This document shows positions 1 through 8,938 of a DNA stretch of 57,178 nucleotides, piece after piece (positions within the stretch are counted from its first letter, which is position 1; the number at the start of each line of letters is the position of its first letter). The stretch is from the NCBI GenBank assembly GCA_023248265.1, contig JAHFEZ010000002.1, positions 1-57,178 on the forward strand, read 5' to 3'. The position numbers were made by a program, and so were the translations under genes. This DNA is from Deltaproteobacteria bacterium (GTDB lineage: Bacteria; Bdellovibrionota; JACOXK01; 2-02-FULL-40-11). The notes beneath the pieces were generated by a model. It did not search any database, had not been told where the DNA came from, and saw only the letters and a program-made list of their open reading frames with translations.

Positions 1-44
1 TTTAACTGTACTTTTATCTTTTCCGATTTTGGGAATTTGGTCAT
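1..44 (-). CDS. 5-prime end of an unidentified CDS running off the left edge (MTKFPKSEKIKVQL...)
   Basis: A minus-strand ATG at 44-42 lies 3 nt after the stop of the 97-aa ORF. An AGGAGG (59-54) sits 9 nt upstream. Only 14 codons are visible. Confidence 0.3.
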   Translation of the reverse strand, partial: MTKFPKSEKIKVQL

Positions 45-47
45 TTT

Positions 48-341
48 TTATTTCCTCCTAAAAGCGTTTATAACTCCAATATAATTTTCTTCGGGATGAA
101 GAAGCCAGATCAGCCGATATGGTTTTCCTTTATGGTACATATGATAAATGACGTAATATTCAAATCCTTCTTCATCGATATCTTGGGGCCTGAATTCTTG
201 GTGATCTAAGAGTTCCAGCAATTCCAAAATGAGTTTGTCATTAATAGCGTCCGCATGTTTTTTCTCATAATGAGTATCTATTATTACTCTGTGGAATTGT
301 CGCCCATTCACCATAAGATTGGCCTTATATTCACGCCTCAC
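48..341 (-). CDS. small hypothetical protein (97 aa), possibly the toxin-like half of a two-gene cassette
   Basis: Complete ORF. It is tightly coupled to the downstream partial ORF and preceded by a perfect palindrome. I recognise no family. Confidence 0.5.
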   Translation of the reverse strand: MRREYKANLMVNGRQFHRVIIDTHYEKKHADAINDKLILELLELLDHQEFRPQDIDEEGFEYYVIYHMYHKGKPYRLIWLLHPEENYIGVINAFRRK

Positions 342-356
342 TTAGGAATGATACAA

Positions 357-380
357 TAACTTGCAAAATATTGCAAGTTA
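357..380. repeat. perfect 10-bp inverted repeat TAACTTGCAA-aata-TTGCAAGTTA (operator or terminator hairpin)
   Basis: Read directly. It lies 16 bp upstream of the 97-aa ORF start and downstream of the OMP gene stop. A T6 run follows on the plus strand only. Confidence 0.4.
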
Positions 381-442
381 CTTTTTTACAAGCTTGACAA
401 ATGTTTTTAGTCTACCCTAATGAACTATGTGCTCTTTGGTGT

Positions 443-1129
443 TTAAAAACTATAGGTGAGGGTTAGGGCAAAATTAATAGCATCCCCATTGAGAGGGGTC
501 CCTCGGGAAGTTTTGGAGCTTTCATCTTGAAAGAAAATAAGCTGATAAGAGCCTTGGACACCCATGAAAACTTGCCTGGCTTTGATAGGGATTTCAAAGC
601 CTCCTCCAAAATCAAATCCTGGACCTTGGTCTGTTGTTCCAGCAGGAACATCATTGAGCCATTTGGTACGAATAAAAAGTCCGCCTCCCACAAAAAGATA
701 GGGATTGGCAAAAAGAAGCGCTTTGGAATACCCCTCAGAAATAAAATAGTATTTGGCACGTCCCAAGATATCGAGAAGGGTAGCCCAGCCCGATCTCCCA
801 TCGATTAAAAATTGATGAAAGCTATCATTCACCGTAAATTCACCTGCAAATTGGCGTGTAAAAAAGTAGGTTAAAAAAGCTCCCGCACTAAATCCGGTCC
901 CAAAAAGCTGCCCCAAACCTCCGGTAAAGGTTCTTCCTCCCAAATGAAGCCCAAGATCTACAAAGCGAGACTCATAGAAGAAAATCTCATCTTCTTGAGA
1001 TTGCTTAATATCGTATCCATAGGCAGAAGCATCTTCGTAAATATCTGTTTTATCCGCCTGAGCCAAGAGCTGGAAAGGGGCACTTAAGAAGACTACGAGA
1101 AGAACCCAAAAGAGATAGGTTTTTCGCAT
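443..1129 (-). CDS. outer-membrane beta-barrel protein (OmpW/OmpA-like porin fold, unassigned)
   Basis: Signal peptide MRKTYLFWVLLVVFLSAPFQLLAQA starts at the internal ATG at 1129. The protein is Gly/aromatic-rich with alternating strands and ends in ...LTLTYSF, the terminal-Phe OMP signature. The track start at 1216 is an upstream extension. Confidence 0.7.
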   Translation of the reverse strand: MRKTYLFWVLLVVFLSAPFQLLAQADKTDIYEDASAYGYDIKQSQEDEIFFYESRFVDLGLHLGGRTFTGGLGQLFGTGFSAGAFLTYFFTRQFAGEFTVNDSFHQFLIDGRSGWATLLDILGRAKYYFISEGYSKALLFANPYLFVGGGLFIRTKWLNDVPAGTTDQGPGFDFGGGFEIPIKARQVFMGVQGSYQLIFFQDESSKTSRGTPLNGDAINFALTLTYSF

Positions 1130-1201
1130 ACTTAAATAGTATACCAAAGTAACATTCAATTGACAAATACTTATGAACTTTATAACAATTATTTTCAACA
1201 T

Positions 1202-1969
1202 ATGACACAACCACATTTAGATCGAAAAGGCTTAAAAAGGCCCGATGTTGTTTTGGCTGAGCTCAGGGAAGGGTACCACTGGGTCGAAGATCACGTTCGC
1301 TCTGTGGTCATCATTTTTGCCATTCTTTTTGGGGGCCTGGCCTTATGGACTGTGGGAAGTCATTTTTCCAACCAAAAAGAAGAAAAAGCTTTAAGTGGTT
1401 TTTATACTGCAGAAAAAAATCTTGATAAAAAAAGAGTGGAAGTAGAATCCAAGAAGATAAAAGATAAAAATATCGACACTTTAAAAGAACTAAATCAAGA
1501 AATCGTTCAAGTTCAATCGGTCACTCAAAAATTTCCAAAATCTCAGGCCGCTTTTTTAGGCTTTTTAAAACTAGGAGATATTTTTTCAGAACAAAAACAC
1601 TATCCAGAAGCTTTGACTCAATATGAAAAGGCCTTAGAACTTTCAAAAAGTAAATTTTATAAAATCTTAGTCTTATATAACCTGGGGTATATGAATGAGC
1701 TTTTAGGCCAATCTGAGAAGGCGATTGAGTGGTTTAATCACATTACTGCGTATCAAAAACAACGATTTTTGCTTTGGACCTTTGGGTATCGTCCCAATGC
1801 CTTTTGGCTTTCTTCAGCCTATTTTGGAATAGGGCGCTGCTATGAAAAACAAAAACAACCTGAAGCCGCCAAAGAAGCCTATTTAAGAGTGTCTGATGAA
1901 TTTCCCAATACTCCCTATGCAGATCAAGGACGAGCCTTTGCAGAACTTGTAGCCCACCCACACCCATGA
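1202..1969 (+). CDS. membrane-anchored TPR protein, YfgM-like
   Basis: One N-terminal TM helix (VVIIFAILFGGLALW) is followed by TPR-like repeats. The gene lies immediately upstream of a BamB-like gene and is translationally coupled to it, as in the E. coli yfgM-bamB arrangement. The ATG at 1202 is preferred over the TTG at 1160. Confidence 0.6.
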   Translation: MTQPHLDRKGLKRPDVVLAELREGYHWVEDHVRSVVIIFAILFGGLALWTVGSHFSNQKEEKALSGFYTAEKNLDKKRVEVESKKIKDKNIDTLKELNQEIVQVQSVTQKFPKSQAAFLGFLKLGDIFSEQKHYPEALTQYEKALELSKSKFYKILVLYNLGYMNELLGQSEKAIEWFNHITAYQKQRFLLWTFGYRPNAFWLSSAYFGIGRCYEKQKQPEAAKEAYLRVSDEFPNTPYADQGRAFAELVAHPHP

Positions 1970-3120
1970 AAACGAGAACGAGAGTGCGATTGGTTTTTGG
2001 CTGTATTTTGATCCTTTTGGGTGTCAGTGGATGCAGCAGTGTTTTTCCAAAACTAGAAAAAAGTGCATCAGGAAATAGTCCTAAGAAAAATTTGGTGTTT
2101 GCAGTTGTAAAACCTCAAGCTTCTATTCTCACAAAACTTCACCCGCCTGTAGAAAGGGCTTCACCTTTGGTCATTGGAGATGTCATTTATCAAGGGTCTG
2201 TTTATGAAAAGTTTTTTGCGCTCCAAAAAAAATCGGGTCAAGTCATCTGGACAAAATCCATTAAGAGCGGTGTAGAAGGGGGGGCTGCTTATTTTGATCG
2301 AAAAGTGTATTTTGGTGCTAATGATGGATTCTTTTATTGCCTAGATAGTGAAACGGGCAAAACCCTTTGGTCTTATAATGCCAAAGCAGAGATTTTATCT
2401 ACACCCCTTGTCGTCGGTGGTATTGTTTATTTTTCAACCACACAAAATACGCTGTACGCTTTAAAATCTCAAACGGGTGAATGGGTATGGTATTATAACA
2501 AAGGATATATTCAAAAAATATCTGTCCGAGGAAGCTCTTCTCCTGTCTATCAAGATGGTAAAATATTTATTGGATTTTCCGATGGTTACTTTTATGCGTT
2601 CAATGCTTTTAATGGGAATGTTATTTGGTTTAAAAGGTTGACAGAGGACGATAAATTTAACGACGTGGATGTTACCCCTCTGGTGAGTTCAAAAGATATT
2701 ATTGTGGCCACCTACGATGGCAACGTCTATTCGTTGCAGCTGGCTTCTGGAGCCATCAAGTGGAAATATAAAAATTGGGATGTCAATGGTATCGCTGCAA
2801 ATGACAAGGCCGTGTATGTGACAAGTAGCTCAGGCGTTGTCTTTTGTTTAAATCGAAATACAGGGGCTAAGCTATGGGATGTGAAGCTTTCTTCTGGGAT
2901 CCCAACACTTCCCATTGTGGTTGAAGACCAGCTCATTTTAGGGAGCTCAGAAAACTATGTGTATAGCTTATCCATTGAAAACGGGGCTGAGATTTGGCGC
3001 TATAATACGGACTCTGGGATGACAGCACGCCCTGTATTTATGAGCGAGAAGCTATTTCTCTTTACTGATTTATCGGTCATACACGTAGTAGACCCATTTT
3101 ATCTGATTCCCTCATCTTAA
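1966..3120 (+). CDS. bamB: outer membrane protein assembly factor BamB (PQQ-like beta-propeller lipoprotein)
   Basis: Lipobox LGVSGC. The protein has repeated 'G.VY.....G.LYALD..TG...W' propeller blades. Its start overlaps the upstream stop (ATGA). Confidence 0.7.
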   Translation: MKTRTRVRLVFGCILILLGVSGCSSVFPKLEKSASGNSPKKNLVFAVVKPQASILTKLHPPVERASPLVIGDVIYQGSVYEKFFALQKKSGQVIWTKSIKSGVEGGAAYFDRKVYFGANDGFFYCLDSETGKTLWSYNAKAEILSTPLVVGGIVYFSTTQNTLYALKSQTGEWVWYYNKGYIQKISVRGSSSPVYQDGKIFIGFSDGYFYAFNAFNGNVIWFKRLTEDDKFNDVDVTPLVSSKDIIVATYDGNVYSLQLASGAIKWKYKNWDVNGIAANDKAVYVTSSSGVVFCLNRNTGAKLWDVKLSSGIPTLPIVVEDQLILGSSENYVYSLSIENGAEIWRYNTDSGMTARPVFMSEKLFLFTDLSVIHVVDPFYLIPSS

Positions 3121-3211
3121 GGGGACAATGGCCTAAAGCGTCTGATAATGAATATTATGTAAAGTATTAGGGCCATAGGGAAAGGCCCTCCAAAATCAAT
3201 GGGCTTGAAAA

Positions 3212-3240
3212 TTGAATATCAACGCCCTATCTTATATAAT
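3212..3240 (+). promoter_or_regulatory. candidate sigma70 promoter for erpA (TTGAAT-N17-TATAAT)
   Basis: Hexamers were read directly. GGAGG at 3248-3252 lies 5 nt before the ATG at 3258. Confidence 0.35.
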
Positions 3241-3257
3241 GAATAAAGGAGGTCAAA

Positions 3258-3632
3258 ATGACATTTGTACAATTAGGCAGTGTAAAACCAGAGGCTCCCA
3301 AAGGAGCTACTCTTTTACTAACAGAAAACGCTGTTCGTAAAATTAAGGATTTTTCTGAAAGACTTCCAGAAGCCAAAGGCAAGTATCTGCGGATTTATGT
3401 CCAAGGGGGTGGCTGTTCAGGCTATTCTTATGGATTTAAATTTGATGATAAAGCCCCTGAAGACCAAGTTTTTGAAAAAGATGAAGCCCAAGTCATCATA
3501 GATCTTCAAAGTCTTCTTTTAATCAATGGATCCACAGTAGATTATGTAGATGGCCTCACAGGAGCTGGATTTTCAGTTCAAAATCCAAAAGCTACAGGCA
3601 GCTGCGGCTGTGGCTCTTCCTTTTCAGTTTAA
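3258..3632 (+). CDS. erpA: iron-sulfur cluster insertion protein, IscA/ErpA (HesB) family
   Basis: The sequence contains GGGCSGYSYGF and the C-terminal GSCGCGSSFSV motif typical of A-type carriers. Confidence 0.85.
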   Translation: MTFVQLGSVKPEAPKGATLLLTENAVRKIKDFSERLPEAKGKYLRIYVQGGGCSGYSYGFKFDDKAPEDQVFEKDEAQVIIDLQSLLLINGSTVDYVDGLTGAGFSVQNPKATGSCGCGSSFSV

Positions 3633-4555
3633 TCCATTATCCAACACGGACGCTGGTCTATATAAAAAGGGCATGGAACTTTTAAATACGCATATTTGAT
3701 ATATCCCAGGGCAATGCGACTCTTGTATTTGTCCGATAAACACTGACTTGTAACATGGCCAATTTCTTCGCCTTGTAAAGTAACAATTTTTGATTCTTTT
3801 GGAACTTCTTCATTCCCATCTATTTTTAATAAAACAAGTTGCTTATTCACGTGGCCCAAATTTTGAAGTCTCGCAATCGTTTCTTGGCCAATGTAACACC
3901 CTTTTTTAAAATTTAGGGCTTCATGTAAATTGGCTTCTTGAGGAATGGTATTTTCACTCATGTCGACTCCATAAAGAGGAGTTTTGGACTCCACACGCAA
4001 TACTTCTTGATCTTCTTTGGAAATGAGGGGCAAGGACATTTTTTCTCGAAAAGATGAAAGTAAATCTTTCTTCATCCAAAATTCAAAGCAAGAATATCCC
4101 CATTGAGGCTTATAAATAACCCAAACATTGGATATCCAGCTATGGCCCAGATGACTTGTATGAGAAAATGAAGGGAAATGTTTTTGAACAAAAGAAGGGC
4201 TCTTTAGCCCTAAAACCCCTACCCCACCCCATTCTTGAGACATGTCTTGAAGGTGGACTTTTTGAATAATAATATAACGTCTCAAAAGTTCTAAAATTTT
4301 GTCTTTTAAATTTTGATAGCACTCAAGTTTAAACTGAGTGTCCGTAGCATAACAAAATAAATCAGCCAAAATTTTTCCCTTGGGTGTGCAAAGGCAGGTA
4401 TAGCACCCTTTTCCATGCAAAAGCGTCTTAATGGCATTTGTTAAAATTCCATTTAGAAACTGTCTTGCTTCCACGCCTTGAATTTCAATCAGGCAGTGGT
4501 CGGATAAATCAATCCATCCTACGTTTTGAGTTGCAGCTTGATATTCACTTAACAT
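3629..4555 (-). CDS. ygfZ: folate-binding YgfZ / GcvT-like protein (tRNA-modifying, Fe-S cluster repair)
   Basis: The sequence carries the KGCYIGQE signature motif and an aminomethyltransferase-like N-terminus. It is convergent with erpA and overlaps it by 4 nt. Confidence 0.7.
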   Translation of the reverse strand: MLSEYQAATQNVGWIDLSDHCLIEIQGVEARQFLNGILTNAIKTLLHGKGCYTCLCTPKGKILADLFCYATDTQFKLECYQNLKDKILELLRRYIIIQKVHLQDMSQEWGGVGVLGLKSPSFVQKHFPSFSHTSHLGHSWISNVWVIYKPQWGYSCFEFWMKKDLLSSFREKMSLPLISKEDQEVLRVESKTPLYGVDMSENTIPQEANLHEALNFKKGCYIGQETIARLQNLGHVNKQLVLLKIDGNEEVPKESKIVTLQGEEIGHVTSQCLSDKYKSRIALGYIKYAYLKVPCPFYIDQRPCWIMD

Positions 4556-4564
4556 ATAATTGAG

Positions 4565-6277
4565 GTGAAATTTTCATTTTATTTCATGCTACAGCCAAAA
4601 CATTTTTTGATGGGCCTTGGAGCATTAATCCTCTTATTTCTTCTCTTAAAAGTCTCTCTTTTTAAACCTAAAGCTCCTATGGTTACGCCTCAGGTACCTT
4701 CCATACTCAGTATAGGAACCATTGTTCGGAACCTAGGTTCTCAAAACTTTATTCAAGTTCAAGGTACCCAAGCTCCAGTTTTCATTAACTCCCCGCTTCA
4801 ATTAGGTCAAACTCTTATCGTAGGGCCCCAAGGATTAGTTGAGGTTGCTCTGGATGAATTAGATCCTCAAGGTAGAAAAACACAAATCATTATTTATGAA
4901 AATAGCTCTTTTTTAATCACCGAAACTTTTTTAAATCAAAAAAATAAATTCTTAGCAAAACTCCTGTCTGGATGGATTAAGGTGATGATCCAAAACCTTT
5001 CTTCTCAAGACATCCATGAAATCCAAACAGAAAATACAGTTATCGGAGTTCGAGGAACAACCTACTATATTCAATATCTTTCAGATAGCACGACGACTCA
5101 TTTGTGTGTCATTGAAGCAAGCTCTGGGAAAAAAGTCACCATGGCCCCCAAGGGTAAAAAAGAAACAGAAGTTCCTCCTGGAACAACTGCCACCGTCATT
5201 AAAGATCAAGACCCTGAGCTAAAACCCCTAGATACTTCTCTTCTTCCCCTAGAACCTGTATCAGAATCCCGACCGCAAGAGGAGCCTCAGCCTCCAGTAT
5301 CTCCCCAGATCTTTCAGGGTGATTTTCCTGGGGATACTCCTGCCAAGCAAACGTGTCGAAAACTAGATGCAACCATCCATGATCTCTATAGCCTCTATGG
5401 AAAAGAATCTAACAAATTTCACTCTCAAGGAGACACCTATTGGAACGCGATGTACAAATCCAAAACTCCAGAAGAATTTAAAATAAAAGATAAAGAATAT
5501 AAAGTTTTTAAACAAAAAGAAGCCTATCTCGAAAACCAAAGAAATTGTTTTTCCATTCGTCTAAGTCAGGTCCCATCTTGGGTTCAAAGCATTCCTAATT
5601 ATGAAGGAGAATATACGGAAGAAAAGAAAAAACAACAGATCCAATGGTGTAAAGACAAATATACGCGTGGTCTAGAAAATTATAAATTTCAAGCCAGCCA
5701 GTGTCCTGATTATTGTGATATTCTAGAAGATTCCTGTCAAAAATATTTAGATGAATTAAACTCTAGTGTTAAAAATCCTTATTTAGATTTTAAAGAACAA
5801 CCCCTAGATCCTAAGCCAACGCTGGCTCTCGATATTTATCCTGGCCCTGTGACAGCCTGCTCAGAACTGGCCGAGAAACTAAAATTGGACTACGAGAAAA
5901 TGGATCAGCAATATAAAGACATGGATAAACAACACTGGGAATATGTTAAACATCCCTATGATCCTGTGATGAGAAGAAAAGCAAAAGAGATGGAACCAGA
6001 ACTGGGAAGACTTGCAAAACAACGCAAATGTGTTGATAATGCTTACTATCTTGCTGCCCGAAGAGACCGTGATTATCTGGGACACTGGCGAGTAGATTTA
6101 AAAGTTTGGGAACCTGACACTGAACTTTCTCAAAAATGCAGTGATTATGATAAAAAAATGTGGCCCTATTGTTATACTATTTGCCATTTTACACCGAAAG
6201 AATGCACTGAAAAACTTCAAGACTACGCTCCCCTTCTTGAGCGACTCAAATCACTCAATCCAACATCAGATAAATAA
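4565..6277 (+). CDS. membrane-anchored FecR-domain protein with long Cys- and Lys/Glu-rich C-terminal region
   Basis: There is an N-terminal TM segment and a FecR-like block (...NTVIGVRGTTYYIQY...). A Pro-rich linker follows, then about 330 aa containing many Cys. The start is ambiguous: GTG at 4565 or ATG at 4586. Confidence 0.5.
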   Translation: MKFSFYFMLQPKHFLMGLGALILLFLLLKVSLFKPKAPMVTPQVPSILSIGTIVRNLGSQNFIQVQGTQAPVFINSPLQLGQTLIVGPQGLVEVALDELDPQGRKTQIIIYENSSFLITETFLNQKNKFLAKLLSGWIKVMIQNLSSQDIHEIQTENTVIGVRGTTYYIQYLSDSTTTHLCVIEASSGKKVTMAPKGKKETEVPPGTTATVIKDQDPELKPLDTSLLPLEPVSESRPQEEPQPPVSPQIFQGDFPGDTPAKQTCRKLDATIHDLYSLYGKESNKFHSQGDTYWNAMYKSKTPEEFKIKDKEYKVFKQKEAYLENQRNCFSIRLSQVPSWVQSIPNYEGEYTEEKKKQQIQWCKDKYTRGLENYKFQASQCPDYCDILEDSCQKYLDELNSSVKNPYLDFKEQPLDPKPTLALDIYPGPVTACSELAEKLKLDYEKMDQQYKDMDKQHWEYVKHPYDPVMRRKAKEMEPELGRLAKQRKCVDNAYYLAARRDRDYLGHWRVDLKVWEPDTELSQKCSDYDKKMWPYCYTICHFTPKECTEKLQDYAPLLERLKSLNPTSDK

Positions 6278-6364
6278 CTGGCAGTGGTCAAGCCAACGAA
6301 GTCATTTTTTAATTGTTATTTCATGTAGTTATAATATAATTTACATGTTTTTTTACTAATAATA

Positions 6365-6405
6365 TTGACATTTTGAGGTGTATCTCCTATACTAAATATA
6401 GGAGA
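6365..6405 (+). promoter_or_regulatory. consensus-like promoter (TTGACA-N17-TATACT) overlapped by a perfect 9-bp inverted repeat TCTCCTATA-ctaaa-TATAGGAGA
   Basis: The -35 is at 6365-6370 and the -10 at 6388-6393. The inverted repeat spans 6383-6391 and 6397-6405. It ends 5 nt before the abiEi ATG and contains the GGAGA ribosome-binding site. Confidence 0.55.
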
Positions 6406-6410
6406 CAGCC

Positions 6411-7001
6411 ATGCGACACGGACAAATCCTAGAACATCTAAAATCAAAATTGGTACCTGGACAGGTTTACCGTCGTACTGATTTTGAGGCCAATACCTCA
6501 AATGTCGATCGTCACCTGGCTACAATGGTCGCCGCTGGGGTCCTAAAGAAACTTGCTCATGGACTTTACGCTGCCCCCAAAAGCACTTCCTTCGGGGAGG
6601 CGCCACCCGACGAACGATCTCTTATCCAGAGCTTCCTTAAGGACGACCATTTCGTGGTCTATAGCTTCAACAATTTCAACGCACTAAGTTTGGGGACAAC
6701 ACAGCTCTACAATCAGACTTTTGTTTTCAATCGCAAACGTGTCGGAACTTTTAAACTCGGTTGGCGAACTTATACTTTTCATCGCTGGCGGGAAGCTCCA
6801 AAAAAATTGACTGTTGAATTTCTAGTCGTCGAGCTCATGAATCGCTTAAATCAACTCGCCGAGAATAGAGATGAAGTCGTTTGGCAACTCAAACGAAAAC
6901 TTCGCGAATTCAATTTGAAACGCTTGAAATATAATCTCGATCACTACGGAACTGTTTTCAGCCAGAAATTATTTTCTGAACTTATGACTGAGAGCGCATA
7001 A
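6411..7001 (+). CDS. abiEi: AbiEi-family antitoxin/transcriptional regulator (type IV TA)
   Basis: This 196-aa protein has an N-terminal wHTH-like region. It lies immediately upstream of an AbiEii-type nucleotidyltransferase and overlaps it by 1 nt (TAATG). Confidence 0.6.
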   Translation: MRHGQILEHLKSKLVPGQVYRRTDFEANTSNVDRHLATMVAAGVLKKLAHGLYAAPKSTSFGEAPPDERSLIQSFLKDDHFVVYSFNNFNALSLGTTQLYNQTFVFNRKRVGTFKLGWRTYTFHRWREAPKKLTVEFLVVELMNRLNQLAENRDEVVWQLKRKLREFNLKRLKYNLDHYGTVFSQKLFSELMTESA

Positions 7002-7972
7002 TGCCATTTCTTCACGAATCCAGAGAGTTCAAAGACCTACTCGAAATTACCGCAGCTGAACAAAAAATTGAAAACCCAGCGCTAGTTGAAAAGGACTACT
7101 GGCTTATGCACGTCTTATGGGGACTGAAGAATCTGGGACTTACGTTCCATCTCAAAGGCGGTACCTCTCTCTCAAAAGGATATGGCTGCATCTACAGATT
7201 TTCTGAAGACATCGATATTAAAATTGAACCTGACGAGAAAAAGAATGGTTTCAAAGTGTTCACTTTAAAAAATCATGACGACCCTAAACATCGTCAGTCC
7301 CGATTGAAGTATTTCGACTGGCTAACGCAACATCTTGCTGGAACAATCCATGGCATCGTCGATGTAAAGCGGGACACTGTTTTCGATGACTTTCTAAAAT
7401 ATCGAAGTGGCGGAATTCGACTGTTTTATGAATCTCACTTCCCAACTCCCGAAGGCATGAAAGAAGGAGTCCTGCTCGAAGTGGGTTTTGATAAAACTGC
7501 TCCAAATCAACCCTGCGACATTACTTCATGGGCTTATGAAAAAGCGACTGCCACAAACTCCGAGGGCTTTACAGATAATCGAGCACTCTGCGTTCTTTGT
7601 TACGAACCGAAGTATACCTTCGTCGAAAAGCTTCAAGCGATTGTTAGGAAGTTTCGTCTTTACAAAGAGGGAAAAGGTAGCGCGAGCTTACCTGCAAATT
7701 TAATCAGGCACTATTACGATGTCTATCAACTGATTGACCGCCCCGATGTACAGAAATTCATTGGTACCCCGGAATACGAGTCATTCAAGAAAGAACGGTT
7801 TGGTGGGGATGACACCAAAGTCGCAAACAGCGGTGCTTTCAAATTGAGGGAGCCTGCCGACAGATCTCTATTTCAGAAAGAATACAATCGTTCGGTAAGT
7901 TTGTATTTTAAGAATCGTCCGAGTTTTCAAGAAATATTGAATCGAATTGAAAAAGATTTGAAACAGTTGTAA
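7001..7972 (+). CDS. abiEii: AbiEii/AbiGii-family nucleotidyltransferase toxin (DUF1814)
   Basis: The motif LKGGTSLSKGYGCIYRFSEDIDI matches the GGTxL...R.SxDID nucleotidyltransferase signature of AbiEii. Confidence 0.75.
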   Translation: MPFLHESREFKDLLEITAAEQKIENPALVEKDYWLMHVLWGLKNLGLTFHLKGGTSLSKGYGCIYRFSEDIDIKIEPDEKKNGFKVFTLKNHDDPKHRQSRLKYFDWLTQHLAGTIHGIVDVKRDTVFDDFLKYRSGGIRLFYESHFPTPEGMKEGVLLEVGFDKTAPNQPCDITSWAYEKATATNSEGFTDNRALCVLCYEPKYTFVEKLQAIVRKFRLYKEGKGSASLPANLIRHYYDVYQLIDRPDVQKFIGTPEYESFKKERFGGDDTKVANSGAFKLREPADRSLFQKEYNRSVSLYFKNRPSFQEILNRIEKDLKQL

Positions 7973-7998
7973 AAATGCGGTTCGGGTATTCTAAGGTT

Positions 7999-8077
7999 TG
8001 GTCGGGGTGAGAGGATTTGAACCTCCGATCTCTCACACCCCAAGCGAGTGCTCTAGTCCAGGCTGAGCCACACCCCG
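7999..8077 (-). tRNA. tRNA-Pro (anticodon GGG), CCA encoded
   Basis: Folded by hand. The acceptor stem is CGGGGTG/CACCCCG, the anticodon loop TTGGGGT and the T-arm GGAGG-TTCAAAT-CCTCT. The discriminator is A followed by CCA. Confidence 0.9.
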
Positions 8078-8156
8078 ACATGTATTAAGTTAAGATATAT
8101 TCCATATATTTTTTTAAATCTATGAAATACCAAAGCAATTTTCATGGAAATACTTT

Positions 8157-8528
8157 TTAATTGGAACGAATAAAGCGGATAAGGTCTTTGAGTTCTTGTT
8201 TTACTTTTGTGAGTTTGAGAGTAGCTTCGGATTTGGTTTCAGAAAGACGCTTTGAGCGCTGTTCTCGTTTTAACTCTTTTAATTTTTGACGTGCCCCTTC
8301 TATGCTATAGCGTTCACTCCATAAAAGTTGTTTGATAAGTAAAACACTTTCGATATCTCTTCTTTGATAGACTCTTTGATTGGCTTTGGATTTTTCAGGG
8401 GAAATTAAATCAAATTCTGTTTCCCAATATCGCAACACATAAGGTTTAATCCCTGTAATTTTACATACTTCTCCAATCTTAAAGTACATACGATCAGGAA
8501 TGGGCGGATTAGAAAAATCTTTTCTCAT
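8157..8528 (-). CDS. MerR-family transcriptional regulator
   Basis: The N-terminal HTH is YFKIGEVCKITGIKPYVLRYWETEF, followed by a coiled-coil tail. The gene overlaps the ihfA stop. Confidence 0.75.
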   Translation of the reverse strand: MRKDFSNPPIPDRMYFKIGEVCKITGIKPYVLRYWETEFDLISPEKSKANQRVYQRRDIESVLLIKQLLWSERYSIEGARQKLKELKREQRSKRLSETKSEATLKLTKVKQELKDLIRFIRSN

Positions 8529-8812
8529 GATTTCCTATTGGGGTTTAGTTGCGCTTTTAATACATGACTGGGACGAAATGTGAGTACTTTTCTAGCTGAA
8601 ATTTCAATTGTTTCTCCAGTTTGAGGATTACGCCCTTTTCGCGATCTTTTTTGGCGCACAATAAAGTTTCCAAATCCAGAAACCTTAATCTTTTCACTGC
8701 GTGACAAACACTCTTTAATCATATCAAAAATAAGCTCCACAAGATCTGAAGAATCTTTTTTTGAAAAGCCTACTTTTTCATACACATTTTCAATTAAATC
8801 AGCCTTTGTCAT
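8525..8812 (-). CDS. ihfA: integration host factor subunit alpha
   Basis: This is a 95-aa HU/IHF fold. The sequence ...VSGFGNFIVRQKRSRKGRNPQTGETIEISARKVLTFRPS... closely parallels E. coli IhfA. It lies downstream of pheT. Confidence 0.85.
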   Translation of the reverse strand: MTKADLIENVYEKVGFSKKDSSDLVELIFDMIKECLSRSEKIKVSGFGNFIVRQKRSRKGRNPQTGETIEISARKVLTFRPSHVLKAQLNPNRKS

Positions 8813-8938
8813 ACTGAGCGCCCCCTTTTAAGATATCAACTTGCATGCTACGCAACTCCTTAATAATACTAAGAAAAGAGTAGCAAAGCCCCCATAGCTT
8901 GTCAATTGTAATAATCGTATGAACCCAAAAATGAGGGA

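Noticed and set aside
463-808. ORFs 463-801 (-) and 527-808 (+) inside the outer-membrane protein gene
   Set aside because: These are alternative frames nested entirely within a gene that has a signal peptide and a terminal-Phe barrel signature. They have no RBS and no recognisable motifs.
6278-8160. Search for integrase genes or tRNA-derived direct repeats (att sites) delimiting the AbiE islands; the same search was done for 16410-18181
   Set aside because: No recombinase ORF and no copy of either tRNA 3-prime end was found by eye in the flanks. No mobile element is therefore annotated. A computational repeat search could still find short att remnants.
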